The notes under the pieces were generated by a model that made no database searches, had not been told where the DNA came from, and saw nothing but the letters and a program-made list of their open reading frames with translations. This document shows, one piece after another, positions 48,219 through 58,251 of a stretch of DNA of 64,000 nucleotides. The stretch comes from Pyrinomonadaceae bacterium. Its GTDB lineage: Bacteria > Acidobacteriota > Blastocatellia > Pyrinomonadales > Pyrinomonadaceae. The stretch spans positions 42,452 through 106,451 of the forward strand of contig JAIBCB010000005.1 in the NCBI GenBank assembly GCA_019694355.1, in the 5' to 3' direction. The position numbers and the translations under genes are program-made. Each line of letters starts with the position of its first letter. Position 1 is the first letter of the stretch.

Positions 48219-49277
48219 ATGTTTGAGATCGACTTTTTAATCAATGAACCTTTTGAACTAGAGTCCGGCGAGGTGCTTACAGAACTGAAGCTTCGCACCA
48301 CCATCTACGGAAAACTTAACGCAGAAAGATCGAATGCGGTGCTTGTGTTCCATGCACTGACCGGCTCGTCAAGGATCCACGACTGGTGGAACGGCGTTCT
48401 TGCGGAAGGCGGTGCACTAGACACCTCCGCGGATGCATTCATCTGTGTCAACTATCTCGGTTCCTGCTACGGTTCGACAAGCGCGAAAGATCTCAAACGC
48501 AGGAATTCACGGCGAGAGGTTCCCATCGTTACGACACGCGACATTGTCCGTTCGACATCGCTGCTTTTTGAATATCTGGGCGTTCATCGATTCAAGGCGG
48601 TCATCGGAGGAAGCGTTGGCGGAATGCTGGCTCTGCAGTTTGCCGTGGACTTTCCAACGGTCGCAGATGAGATCATTGCCATTGCCGCGGCGCCGCTTTC
48701 TGCAATGGGGCTTGCGCTAAATCACATCCAGCGGCAGGCCGTGGCACGCGGCGATCTCGACATTGCACGAAAGATCGCATTGCTCTCCTATCGTTCGCCG
48801 AGACAGTTCGAAGACCGATTCGGGCGGAAGCCGAATCGCAACGGTGAAGACCCAAAGGGCACCATTCAGGGTCGTTTCGATGTCGGCGGTTATCTCGATC
48901 ACCAGGGAGCGGCATTTCGGAAACGCTTTGAACTCGAAAGCTATGAACTTCTCACGAAGACGATGGATCTTTTTGATCTTTCGGATGAAGATATCGTAAA
49001 GATCCGTTCTCGTGTTTCGCTCGTTGGGATCTCGTCGGATTGGCTGTTTCCGCCGGCCGACGTGAGGGCTTTGGCCGCAAGGCTTTCAGGGTTCGGCGTT
49101 GATGCACGGTATCACGAACTGCTATCCGACGTTGGGCATGATGCGTTCCTGACCGACACGGGCGAGATAAGCGAGATCTTGCGCGAAGTGCTTTCGCCGC
49201 CTGAGATCACCTACGAAGAGTCCGAGATCGGACGATCTCCGCTTGAGCCCGAACGACTTGCGGTCGGCTGTAGCTGA
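48219..49277 (+). CDS. metX: Homoserine O-acetyltransferase
   Basis: ...VFHALTGSS..., nucleophile elbow GGSVGGM, ...SDWLFPP... and a C-terminal His region. ATG 48219 is preceded by AGGAG. The 48144 start is an over-extension. Confidence 0.9.
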   Translation: MFEIDFLINEPFELESGEVLTELKLRTTIYGKLNAERSNAVLVFHALTGSSRIHDWWNGVLAEGGALDTSADAFICVNYLGSCYGSTSAKDLKRRNSRREVPIVTTRDIVRSTSLLFEYLGVHRFKAVIGGSVGGMLALQFAVDFPTVADEIIAIAAAPLSAMGLALNHIQRQAVARGDLDIARKIALLSYRSPRQFEDRFGRKPNRNGEDPKGTIQGRFDVGGYLDHQGAAFRKRFELESYELLTKTMDLFDLSDEDIVKIRSRVSLVGISSDWLFPPADVRALAARLSGFGVDARYHELLSDVGHDAFLTDTGEISEILREVLSPPEITYEESEIGRSPLEPERLAVGCS

Positions 49278-49431
49278 ACTAATTCTGCGTAGATGAGAAA
49301 TGCCGGGCTAAAATGGACAAGTTTTTTTCGGTCTGTTGGCCCGGCCTTCTTTTGCGGTGATTATGGCGATCATAAGATTTTCTTAAGCTCCGATTGCAGA
49401 AGAGACGCGTCTCATTTACTTTTTTATTAAG

Positions 49432-50814
49432 GTGAGCGAAACAACATTTCCTGTCGTTATGAAATTTGGCGGCACGTCGGTAGGTGACGTGGCCGCTTTC
49501 GAGCGCGTTTGCGGGATCGTTCAGAGCCAGTTGGATAAGCGGCCGGTCGTTGTAACGTCCGCAATGACAAAGGTTACGGATGCTTTGCTCGCCGCGTTCG
49601 AAATGGCACGCAAGGACGATCTGGCCGGGGCGGTCGAATCTCTCGAACCGCATTTCGAACGTCATATCGAGATCACGTCCGCGTTCTTTCCCGACGATAC
49701 CGAAAACATCTTTCACAATGAACTTCGCCTTGCGCGAGCCGAGATCAAGGATCTTTTAACGCGAGCTGCTCGCCGAAGCCTGCCGCTGCAGATGTTGAAA
49801 GACGCGATCGTATCTTATGGAGAGCAACTTTCATCGCGTCTTTTGGCGGAGGTTTTGAGGTCACGCGGGATCGCTGCTCGCACGGTCGATTCGCGACGCC
49901 TGATCGTTACTGATGATGAGTTCGGGGCCGCGCAGCCGATCATCGACGAGACGAATGAGCTGATCGAGCTCGAACTTGGTCCCCTTATCGGAGCTGGAGA
50001 GGTTCCCGTGCTTGGCGGCTTCATTGCTGCAAATCGCGGCGGCGAGACCACGACGCTGGGACGAGGCGGCTCAGATTATTCTGCAGCGATAGTTGCTGCT
50101 GCGTTAAAGGCTTCTGAACTTCAGATATGGACGGATGTAACGGGCGTTATGACCTGCGATCCGCGCATCTGCAGCGACGCTTCGACCGTGCCTGTCCTTT
50201 CGTATGAGGAGGCCGCCGAGTTGGCATATTTTGGAGCGAAGGTCCTGCACCCGAAGACGATCAAGCCGGCGGTGGACAACGCGATCCCGGTACGCGTCTG
50301 CAATACGTCCGAGCCACAACTGACCGGTACGATGGTGCTCGCAGGGTCGGACGAGACCGAGAATAAGATCAAGTCGATCGCACATAAGAGCAATATCACG
50401 ATACTGCGCATCACGTCAGCACGAATGTTGGGCGCATACGGCTTTATGAGCGCGGTCTTTCAGGTCTTTGACCGCCATCGCACAGTGATCGATGTCATCT
50501 CCACGTCGGAGGTTTCTGTCGCTCTGACGCTCGACAAACCCGACAATATTGAGAAGGTCGTCGAAGATCTGTCGCGTATCGGCGAGGTCGAGGTCGAACG
50601 CGGCTATGCGGTCGTCTGCGTAGTTGGCGAGGGCCTAAGAGCCTCGACCGGGCTCGCCGCCAAGATATTCAAGACGATCGAGGATGTCCACGTCGAGCTC
50701 GTCTCGCACGGTGCGTCCGCCGTGAATCTTACCTTCGTAGTTCGCGAATCGGACGTCGCCGATGTCATCAAGAAACTCCATCATGAGTTCTTCAGTGAAA
50801 AAAAATCTGTATGA
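49432..50814 (+). CDS. lysC: Aspartate kinase
   Basis: VVMKFGGTSVGD N-terminal kinase motif, ...TTLGRGGSDYSA..., and two C-terminal ACT-like repeats. GTG start. Confidence 0.92.
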   Translation: MSETTFPVVMKFGGTSVGDVAAFERVCGIVQSQLDKRPVVVTSAMTKVTDALLAAFEMARKDDLAGAVESLEPHFERHIEITSAFFPDDTENIFHNELRLARAEIKDLLTRAARRSLPLQMLKDAIVSYGEQLSSRLLAEVLRSRGIAARTVDSRRLIVTDDEFGAAQPIIDETNELIELELGPLIGAGEVPVLGGFIAANRGGETTTLGRGGSDYSAAIVAAALKASELQIWTDVTGVMTCDPRICSDASTVPVLSYEEAAELAYFGAKVLHPKTIKPAVDNAIPVRVCNTSEPQLTGTMVLAGSDETENKIKSIAHKSNITILRITSARMLGAYGFMSAVFQVFDRHRTVIDVISTSEVSVALTLDKPDNIEKVVEDLSRIGEVEVERGYAVVCVVGEGLRASTGLAAKIFKTIEDVHVELVSHGASAVNLTFVVRESDVADVIKKLHHEFFSEKKSV

Positions 50815-51626
50815 AGGGCTCGTCCAAAAAGATCGTGTTGGCAATATTCGGCCTGCTGGTTATCGCAGCATGCAAGACTCAGTTGCCTGCTCCTCAGCAG
50901 AAATACCCTGTCGACAAGTTCCAATCAAGGGAAGCGCGAATCGGCGGTGAAACCTTCCGATACCGCGTCTACGTTCCGCAAGAGCTTTCCGAAAAATCAG
51001 CTCCAGCGGTTTTGCTTTATCTGCATGGCGCGGGAAATCGTGGTACCGACAATGAGTCGCAGCTTAACGGACTTGCCGAGCAAATTGAGGCGAAAAAGGA
51101 TAAGATTAACTTTATTATCGTTATACCGCAATGCTTACCCGACGGGTTCTGGGACGAGCAAATGTTGGCGCGCGCAGACAAGGCCATGAACGACACGGTG
51201 GAGGAGTTTAAGGCAGACGGACATCGCTTATACCTGGCCGGGTTCTCTTTGGGCGGATACGGTGTATGGAGCATGGCCGCGACACATCCGGGAAAGTTTG
51301 CGGCGATTGTGCCAATGTCGGGCAGAGTGCTTCCGCGTCCGAACGAAATAAAGCACGTTTCCAAAGATATTGCTCAAATGTCTGAAACGACTGATCCGTA
51401 CAGGGCATTCGCCGAGAAGATCGGAAATACACCGACGTGGATCTTTCATGGCGCAGACGATAATGTTGTTGCTCCGGAAAACTCTAGAAGGATGTTTGCA
51501 GCAATGAAGGCCGCGGGAAATCAGCAACTGACGTTCGAAGAGACGCCGGGCAAGGGCCACGAACCTCTAGCTTTTGCCGCTCCCGGCTTTTTTGAATGGC
51601 TTACTGCTCAGAGCCTGGATCGATGA
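50811..51626 (+). CDS. Alpha/beta hydrolase (carboxylesterase / prolyl-oligopeptidase-type), lipoprotein
   Basis: Lipobox LLVIAAC, LYLHGAGNRG, nucleophile elbow GFSLGG, HGADDNVV. Confidence 0.75.
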   Translation: MKGSSKKIVLAIFGLLVIAACKTQLPAPQQKYPVDKFQSREARIGGETFRYRVYVPQELSEKSAPAVLLYLHGAGNRGTDNESQLNGLAEQIEAKKDKINFIIVIPQCLPDGFWDEQMLARADKAMNDTVEEFKADGHRLYLAGFSLGGYGVWSMAATHPGKFAAIVPMSGRVLPRPNEIKHVSKDIAQMSETTDPYRAFAEKIGNTPTWIFHGADDNVVAPENSRRMFAAMKAAGNQQLTFEETPGKGHEPLAFAAPGFFEWLTAQSLDR

Positions 51627-52627
51627 TGAATATTTTCGAACTAACAACCGCGTTGATGTCGATCCCGTCCACTTCAGGCGAAGAGGAGGCGGTCGGGTTT
51701 TGGCTGCGCGACTATTTGGTCGAGCTTGGCTGGACGGTCGAGCTGCATAGTGTTAGCGATGGTCAGAACAACGTGATCGCGACACTGAACGACACTCCGC
51801 GGGTTTGGTTTTCGACACATATGGACACTGTGCCGCCGTTCATACCGCCGACCGAGGACGATGAAAAGATCTATGGCCGCGGTGCGTGCGATGCGAAGGG
51901 GATAATCGCATCGCAGATAACGGCTGCAGAGCGTTTGCGTTCGGAAGGCATTAACGACATCGGGTTGCTCTTCACCGTCGAAGAAGAACGAGCATCGACG
52001 GGTGCCAAGGCCGCGAACCTTCATCCATTGGCGGCAAAATGCGAATTTCTCATCAATGGAGAGCCGACGGACAACGACCTCGCGATCGGTTCAAAAGGAA
52101 CGTTCCGCCTGAATATCCAAACGACCGGCAAGGCCGCTCATTCTGCGTACCCGGAAGAAGGGGAATCCGCGATCGAAAAATTGCTCGACATACTCGAAGA
52201 TGTGCGGCACACGCGTCTTCCGAATGATGATTTCTTTGGCGAAACGACCGTCAATATCGGCACCATCGATGGCGGAATGGCGCTCAACGTGATCCCGCCG
52301 TCTGCCGAAGCGGGCCTCGCCATACGCCTGACGACAAAGCGTGAGCCGATCGAAGACGCTATCCGCTCGGTCGTTCGTGATCGCGGCGAGATCGAGGTCT
52401 TGTCTGCGAGCGAACCGGTCAGAATGCATGCTGTCGATGGTTTTACTCAAAAGGTCGTAAGATTTACGACCGATATTCCGCACCTGCCAAACTGGGGAAA
52501 GCCCCTTCTCATCGGCCCCGGCTCGATCCTTGTCGCCCACACAAAAGACGAATTCGTGCTCAAGAAGGATCTTGAAAAGGCAGTAAGTCTTTACGAGGAT
52601 CTAGCCAAAAAGCTGTTGACAGACTAG
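51623..52627 (+). CDS. M20-family metallopeptidase (ArgE/DapE-like deacylase)
   Basis: STHMDTVPP, GRGACDAKG, NGEPT. Its start is coupled to the upstream stop (ATGA at 51623). Confidence 0.8.
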   Translation: MMNIFELTTALMSIPSTSGEEEAVGFWLRDYLVELGWTVELHSVSDGQNNVIATLNDTPRVWFSTHMDTVPPFIPPTEDDEKIYGRGACDAKGIIASQITAAERLRSEGINDIGLLFTVEEERASTGAKAANLHPLAAKCEFLINGEPTDNDLAIGSKGTFRLNIQTTGKAAHSAYPEEGESAIEKLLDILEDVRHTRLPNDDFFGETTVNIGTIDGGMALNVIPPSAEAGLAIRLTTKREPIEDAIRSVVRDRGEIEVLSASEPVRMHAVDGFTQKVVRFTTDIPHLPNWGKPLLIGPGSILVAHTKDEFVLKKDLEKAVSLYEDLAKKLLTD

Positions 52628-52714
52628 AGCGTCGGCCAAGTTTCTCCGTCTGCAAACTTTTTTTCGCTGCGCGTCGTATTATCTTCGAACAAATTCTCTT
52701 ACAGGATCACCAGA

Positions 52715-54598
52715 ATGAAAAAGCGAATCATTTTCCTCCTTTTTGTGTTGACCCTTGCGGCAATACCGACCTTGGCGCAAGATCAGCTCTTTATGCCGCG
52801 TAATGTTAAGGCGGCCTACGCGAACGGCACACGGAGTGCCGACGGCAAGCCAGGTCCGAAATACTCCCAGAACAAGTCCGTCCACAGCATACATATGACG
52901 ATCGCACCACCGGGCCGGACGATCACCGGCGCCGAGGAGATCGTTTATACGAACAACGGCCCGAAGCCGCTTCCGACGCTGGTGCTGCGTTTTGAACTGA
53001 ACGCCCACTCGCCCGAAGCGGCACGCGACCAACCTACATCCACAGAGGAGATGACATCGGACGTTTCGATCGATGAGTATGCTGAGAACGGAAAGGTCAA
53101 AGAATGGAAGCCGTTGATCCCGAGAAAGGGAATGACATACAACGTAGTCAAATTGGACGAGCCAGTGCCGCCCGGCGGAACCGTCAAGCTATCGTTCAAA
53201 TGGCATTACGAGCTTGTTCTCCCATCCGGCCGTGAGGGCGTGATCGACCCAACGACGTTCTATGTCGCCTATTTTTATCCCAGGGTCGCAGTGCTCGACG
53301 ATGTTAACGGCTGGGATCAGGTCGCGCATATTCCGTCGCACGAATTTTTCGGTGATTTTAATGATTACACGCTCGAGGTTACCGTCCCGAAGAATTACAT
53401 CGTTTGGGCAACGGGCGATCTGACGAATGCCGATGAGGTGCTCCAACCCGCGATCGCCGAACGTCTCAAGAGGTCGTTTACGAGCGATGAGGTCGTGAAT
53501 GTTGCAACTCTCGATGAGGTGAAGGCCGGCAAGGTTACTGCTCAGAATGCGACCAATACCTGGAAATGGAAGGCCGACAATGTTTCGGATGTTGCATTCG
53601 GCTTGAGCGATCATTATATCTGGGACGCAGGCAGTCTTGTCGTTGATAAAAAGACGGGCAGGAGAGCGAGCACGCAGGCGGCTTACGACGAGCCGTCAAA
53701 GAACTTCGCGAATATGGTGAAGTACATCAAGACCTCCCTTGATTTTTCATCGAATCAATGGCCGGGCGTGCCGTATCCCTATCCGAAGATGACGGTCTTC
53801 CGCGGCTTCGCCGATATGGAATATCCGATGATGGCCAATGACAGCGCGCAAGAGAATCCGGATATGCAGGAGTTCGTTGCGGCCCACGAGGTGATGCATT
53901 CGTACTTTCCATTCTATATGGGAATAAACGAACGGCGGTATGCGTTCATGGAAGAAGGCTGGACGACCGCATTCGAATACTTGTTTAACGAAGCGACCTT
54001 CAGCAAAGATCAAGCAGACAAGCTGTTCAAGGCCTTCCGTGTTCGCGGTTGGATCCGAAATATGTCTTCGGACGCAGATATCCCGATCATGACGCCCGAG
54101 AATGTTCTGACAGGCGGCGGATACGGGAATAACAAATACGGACGCGCGGCTTTGGGCTACCTTGCGATGAAGGACCTGCTGGGCGACGCGGAATTCAAGC
54201 GTGTCCTTCACGGCTTTATGGATCGCTGGCACGGCAAACACCCGACGCCGTGGGATATGTTCAACAGCTTCAATAACATCTCCGGCAAGGATATGAACTG
54301 GTTCTGGAATGCCTGGTTCTTCAATTACAGCTACATCGATCTCGCGGTCGCTGGCGTTAATAGATCGGACATCACGATCAAAAATCTTGGCGGCTCGCCC
54401 GCACCGTTCGATGTGAAAGTGACCTTTGATGATGGTACGACCGAAACGCTCCATCAAACTCCCGCGATCTGGGAAAAGGATACGAAGCAAGCGGTCGTCC
54501 GCGTCGCTTCGAAAAAGGCCATTAAAAGCGTCGCTCTCGACGGCGGGATCTTTTTGGACTACAACGAAGTTGACAACGTCTGGCCGGCGGCAAAATAG
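52715..54598 (+). CDS. Secreted M1-like gluzincin metallopeptidase
   Basis: Signal peptide MKKRIIFLLFVLTLAAIPTLAQ. HEVMH, with a Glu 18-19 residues downstream (FMEEGW), fits HEXXH-X18-E. Confidence 0.75.
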   Translation: MKKRIIFLLFVLTLAAIPTLAQDQLFMPRNVKAAYANGTRSADGKPGPKYSQNKSVHSIHMTIAPPGRTITGAEEIVYTNNGPKPLPTLVLRFELNAHSPEAARDQPTSTEEMTSDVSIDEYAENGKVKEWKPLIPRKGMTYNVVKLDEPVPPGGTVKLSFKWHYELVLPSGREGVIDPTTFYVAYFYPRVAVLDDVNGWDQVAHIPSHEFFGDFNDYTLEVTVPKNYIVWATGDLTNADEVLQPAIAERLKRSFTSDEVVNVATLDEVKAGKVTAQNATNTWKWKADNVSDVAFGLSDHYIWDAGSLVVDKKTGRRASTQAAYDEPSKNFANMVKYIKTSLDFSSNQWPGVPYPYPKMTVFRGFADMEYPMMANDSAQENPDMQEFVAAHEVMHSYFPFYMGINERRYAFMEEGWTTAFEYLFNEATFSKDQADKLFKAFRVRGWIRNMSSDADIPIMTPENVLTGGGYGNNKYGRAALGYLAMKDLLGDAEFKRVLHGFMDRWHGKHPTPWDMFNSFNNISGKDMNWFWNAWFFNYSYIDLAVAGVNRSDITIKNLGGSPAPFDVKVTFDDGTTETLHQTPAIWEKDTKQAVVRVASKKAIKSVALDGGIFLDYNEVDNVWPAAK

Positions 54599-54609
54599 TT
54601 GATAAGGGT

Positions 54610-54642
54610 AAGCCCTGAGGCCGGATGCCGGCTTCAGGGCTT
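54610..54642. other. 15-bp GC-rich hairpin between convergent genes
   Basis: AAGCCCTGAGGCCGG / CCGGCTTCAGGGCTT (one G-U). It is followed by an A-run on the plus strand, so there is no canonical U-tail after the hairpin on either strand. Confidence 0.4.
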
Positions 54643-54670
54643 AAAAAAACCTTTCAAGGCAGCAGTAGTT

Positions 54671-55837
54671 CTAAAACCGAACTCTGGTAATTGTTCCCGG
54701 AAAGATATTCGTTACGAAGATGTCGCCCGTACGATCATCCCGAGCCATACTTGACGGCGTGATCAATGTCGGGACAACAACGCTCGCGTTTCCGTCACGG
54801 TCGAACCGTCGGAGCCGTCCGGGAGCATTCGCAAGGAAATTCGTGCTGAACTCAAGTACGTAGTAACCGTCGCGGCCGAAACGCTGGTTGACAGGCATTA
54901 TGTCCATCGTGGATGCAAGTCCAGAGAGGATCGTCTCATGTTCTCCGGTCCATAGGTTGACGGCCTGAACATCAGATTGCCCATTGATCATTGGGAATCC
55001 GGTCAACTCAGGCACAAGGAGTTTCCTGCCGACGAAATGAACGTTATCGGGCACGGCCTCGATGAATGGGCCGCCGATCGTGCCAAAGAGCGGATTTGGC
55101 CTATTGGGAAACTCCACGAATGTGGACAATTCGCCTGTGAAGAGATTGACCTTATGAAGCTCGTTATAGGAGGCGTCGGCAACAAAAAGGTTCCATCCTA
55201 CCTGTTCAACAGCGAAAGGGTGTGACGTGCGGATCGCATTCGGGGCGTTTGGCTGCGGTTCCGGGCGATAGTCGGGAATGTCGGCTACGAGAAATACGAA
55301 GATCGAGTCGCCATCGGCGTTTCGGATCCGGACCCAGTGACCGGCGGCGATATCCTCCTGATCCTTTAAGGTCATCTCGAATTCGCTGTTAAGCGACTCA
55401 AAATTCCTCGGAAGGATGACTCCGAGCACCGAACAGAAAAGCGGCGATGACGGAGATCCTGTAGGGTACTGGGAGCCTCCGATCATTGTCGCAGCGTCGC
55501 CGACCCCGGATGTCACCCAAAGGACGCGCCCGTTCAGGTCAATGCCTGTTGTCCCGTCAGACTCTGGCGGGCCGCCGAGATTGCTAACGCCCGAAGGCAG
55601 TCCGCTGATAAGCGTGTGTCGAACACCGGTCGTTCGGTCGATGACCGAAATACGCCCGGTGTTCGCGTCCATCGTTCCATTTTCAGAGACGAGGAACGTA
55701 TTTCGCGGGCCGGGAATGATCTTCGTTGGAAGATTCAGCCCAGCGGTTACGACCTGCGTTGTCTGTGCGGGAAGGCTTCCTGTCAGGCCGACAAAAAGGA
55801 AGACCAGGGTTGCAAGTATGCTTGCTGCTTTTTTCAT
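54671..55837 (-). CDS. Secreted beta-propeller-like protein, paralog 1 (possibly ScyD/ScyE-like)
   Basis: Signal peptide MKKAASILATLVFLFVGLTGSLPAQ. It aligns with 61227..62399 over its full length at about three-quarters identity by eye. ATG 55837 is preceded by GGAGAG. Confidence 0.7.
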   Translation of the reverse strand: MKKAASILATLVFLFVGLTGSLPAQTTQVVTAGLNLPTKIIPGPRNTFLVSENGTMDANTGRISVIDRTTGVRHTLISGLPSGVSNLGGPPESDGTTGIDLNGRVLWVTSGVGDAATMIGGSQYPTGSPSSPLFCSVLGVILPRNFESLNSEFEMTLKDQEDIAAGHWVRIRNADGDSIFVFLVADIPDYRPEPQPNAPNAIRTSHPFAVEQVGWNLFVADASYNELHKVNLFTGELSTFVEFPNRPNPLFGTIGGPFIEAVPDNVHFVGRKLLVPELTGFPMINGQSDVQAVNLWTGEHETILSGLASTMDIMPVNQRFGRDGYYVLEFSTNFLANAPGRLRRFDRDGNASVVVPTLITPSSMARDDRTGDIFVTNIFPGTITRVRF

Positions 55838-56109
55838 AGTACTCTCCATTTGCGCTGAGGTTAGTAGCTTTGCTTCGCGAAACCCCGTACCGATACTCCA
55901 AACACGTACCTTTTTGGCCTATTGCGGCAAAAAGTCGGCCGGATGTACAATGAAACAGCCCGGTCAAGGATCAAGTGGACTCGCTGGTCAAGGACGGCGC
56001 TGTTTAGCCGGTTTGGGCGTTCACGTGACTGTAATCTATCTCGGCCGCCTCACTTTAATCCTTCATTCTGGGTGAAATTTTCCTGACTTTTGTCTGGCGC
56101 TGGGCTCAA

Positions 56110-58146
56110 ATGGCCGATAATGGCGGCAATATTTACGAATTCGACGGCTTTCGGCTGGATGTTCGCGAGCGGATCCTTTCGTGCGGCGGGAAGCGGCTCC
56201 AGATAAGAGACAAAGCGTTCGACCTTCTTTGCGCACTCGTTGACCGGAGCGGAAGTCTGGTAACGAAGGACGAACTGCTTTCTGCGATATGGCCTGACAC
56301 GATCGTCGAAGAGAACACGCTGGACAAGAACGTTTCGCTTCTTCGGCGTCTCTTTTCAGAAAGGCTTCCGGATAAACATGTTATCGAAACGGTCAGAGGT
56401 CACGGGTATCGATTTGCCTTGGCCGTTACGACGAAGCCGAACGCCGTAGCTTCGCTCGAGCAGGCTCAGCAGAGTTCAAATCCGGCGTTGGCAAATGCGT
56501 CCGAGGTCGACAGCAGTGCTTCCCCATACGAGATAGGCCTCCACAAACTGCCGCCTGAGCTGATCTTGAATGGCTATCCTGCCGACGAAAGCCCCACCGA
56601 GCCCTTCAAACCACTGGCCGGCACAAGATCAAAGGACTCGCGTGGCGGGCGAGGCTTGCACGTGGGGTTGATCAGCTTGGGCAGTATCGCACTTTTGATC
56701 TTGCTGTACGTTGTTTCGCACGACAGCCGGCCGCCGCATGGCGGCGAACCTGAGGCGCGCAAGATCGCGGTTTTGCCGCTTGCTAATCGGACTCGCGACC
56801 CGAACATCGAATATCTGACGGACGGGATCACAGAGGGTATCATTGATGACCTTGCGCAGTTGCCCGGTATCAAGGTGTTGTCTAGGGACTCGGTTTTCCG
56901 CTTTAAGAATAGTGAGGCGGACATGAGCGGTATCGCATCTCAACTGGGTGCGGACTTCGTAATGTCTGGTGAGATAGATAAGGTTGGCGATCAGTTCGTG
57001 ATATCGGTCCGTCTTGTGGACTCGCAGGACGGGGCACAGATCTGGGGACATCAATACGTCAATAATGACGACTCCCTTCTCCGCGTTCAGAAACAGATCA
57101 CGCTCGATGTCGAAGAGAGCCTGCATGTTAAACTAGGCCTCCGCGAACGCGGCTTACTTGCGCGTGGGTCGACGCACAATCCGGCGGCATATCGCCTATA
57201 TTTACTGGGTCACTACCATAATTTGAAAATGACCGAACCGGAGCTCCTTTCCGGTATTCAGTACTTCCGCAAGGCTACCGAGGTCGATCCGGGGTTTGCC
57301 CAGGCATATGTTGGCCTCGCGAACTGCTATTTGCCTCTTGGGATAGCCGGTTGGCACATGCCTTCCCGTGACGCATTGAAGGAATCTAAGTCGGCCGCGA
57401 CAAAGGCACTCGAGCTCGACCCGAAGCTCGCCACAGCCCACTCAGCCCTAGCGTGGACGCTCTATTTGCTCGACCATGATTGGAATGCCGCCGAGAAAGA
57501 ATTCAGGCAGGCGTTGACCTTGTCACCTTTTGATTCGGACATTCATCGCGGCTTGTCTCATATGCTTTCGTTGGCAGGGCATCACGAAGAAGCGATCGCC
57601 GAAGGCGAACGGTCCTTGGAACTTGATCCGCTTTCGCTAGTGTCGAATACGATCTTCGCACAGACCCTATTTTTTGGAGGCCGAACGGACGACGCGATCG
57701 CTCAGCTTAACAAGACATTTGAGATCGAGTCCGATTTCTGGATCGCGCGCAACCTTCTCGGCCGGATTTATGTTTCCGAAGGGCGATATCCGGAAGCTCT
57801 TCATGAGTTCGAGACGGCGAGGGATCATTCAGGCGGCGGCAGCATCGTGCCAATAGCTGAGATCGGATATACGTACGCAAAGATGGGCGACCGCGCTAAT
57901 GCATTGAAGCTGATAGAGGCTTTGCATAAACAGGAGGGCAAAAGGTTCGTTTCGTTCTACTCGTACGCTATTATCTACAACGGCCTTGGCGATCGCAAGG
58001 CCGCCATGGTGAACCTAGCTCGGTCGATCCATGATTGTGAGGCCGATTCTCTTTTCCTAAAGGCAATCGGTAGATGGAAGCCTTATATGGAGGATCCCAA
58101 ATTCGATGCCTTAATACGGCCTTTGAATTTTGAGCCTACAAATTAA
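56110..58146 (+). CDS. CadC/ToxR-like transcriptional regulator: wHTH - TM - TolB-like - TPR
   Basis: YEFDGFRLDVRERILSCGGKRLQIRDKAFDLLCALV...IETVRGHGYRF (OmpR/PhoB-type winged helix), TM segment HVGLISLGSIALLILLYVV, IAVLPLANRT...EYLTDGITEGIIDDL (TolB-like), then TPR repeats. Confidence 0.8.
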   Translation: MADNGGNIYEFDGFRLDVRERILSCGGKRLQIRDKAFDLLCALVDRSGSLVTKDELLSAIWPDTIVEENTLDKNVSLLRRLFSERLPDKHVIETVRGHGYRFALAVTTKPNAVASLEQAQQSSNPALANASEVDSSASPYEIGLHKLPPELILNGYPADESPTEPFKPLAGTRSKDSRGGRGLHVGLISLGSIALLILLYVVSHDSRPPHGGEPEARKIAVLPLANRTRDPNIEYLTDGITEGIIDDLAQLPGIKVLSRDSVFRFKNSEADMSGIASQLGADFVMSGEIDKVGDQFVISVRLVDSQDGAQIWGHQYVNNDDSLLRVQKQITLDVEESLHVKLGLRERGLLARGSTHNPAAYRLYLLGHYHNLKMTEPELLSGIQYFRKATEVDPGFAQAYVGLANCYLPLGIAGWHMPSRDALKESKSAATKALELDPKLATAHSALAWTLYLLDHDWNAAEKEFRQALTLSPFDSDIHRGLSHMLSLAGHHEEAIAEGERSLELDPLSLVSNTIFAQTLFFGGRTDDAIAQLNKTFEIESDFWIARNLLGRIYVSEGRYPEALHEFETARDHSGGGSIVPIAEIGYTYAKMGDRANALKLIEALHKQEGKRFVSFYSYAIIYNGLGDRKAAMVNLARSIHDCEADSLFLKAIGRWKPYMEDPKFDALIRPLNFEPTN

Positions 58147-58251
58147 GGATCGCTCGTGCGGAACCCGACGATCAACCAGAAGGCATCCGCTCTGATCGAC
58201 GTCGCCCCCTTTTGCGCGTCGCTAATTCGCTTGACGCGATCTCTCGCAACT

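Noticed and set aside
49302-49354. Terminator after metX (GCCGGGC ... GCCCGGC + CTTCTTTTG).
   Set aside because: The stem is 7 bp with a ~30-nt loop and an interrupted T-run. That is too weak to call.
54610-54642. Bidirectional rho-independent terminator between the M1 peptidase and propeller genes.
   Set aside because: The hairpin is strong, but no U-run follows it on either strand: an A-run lies downstream on the plus strand, and the U-run lies upstream on the minus strand. I kept it only as a hairpin feature.
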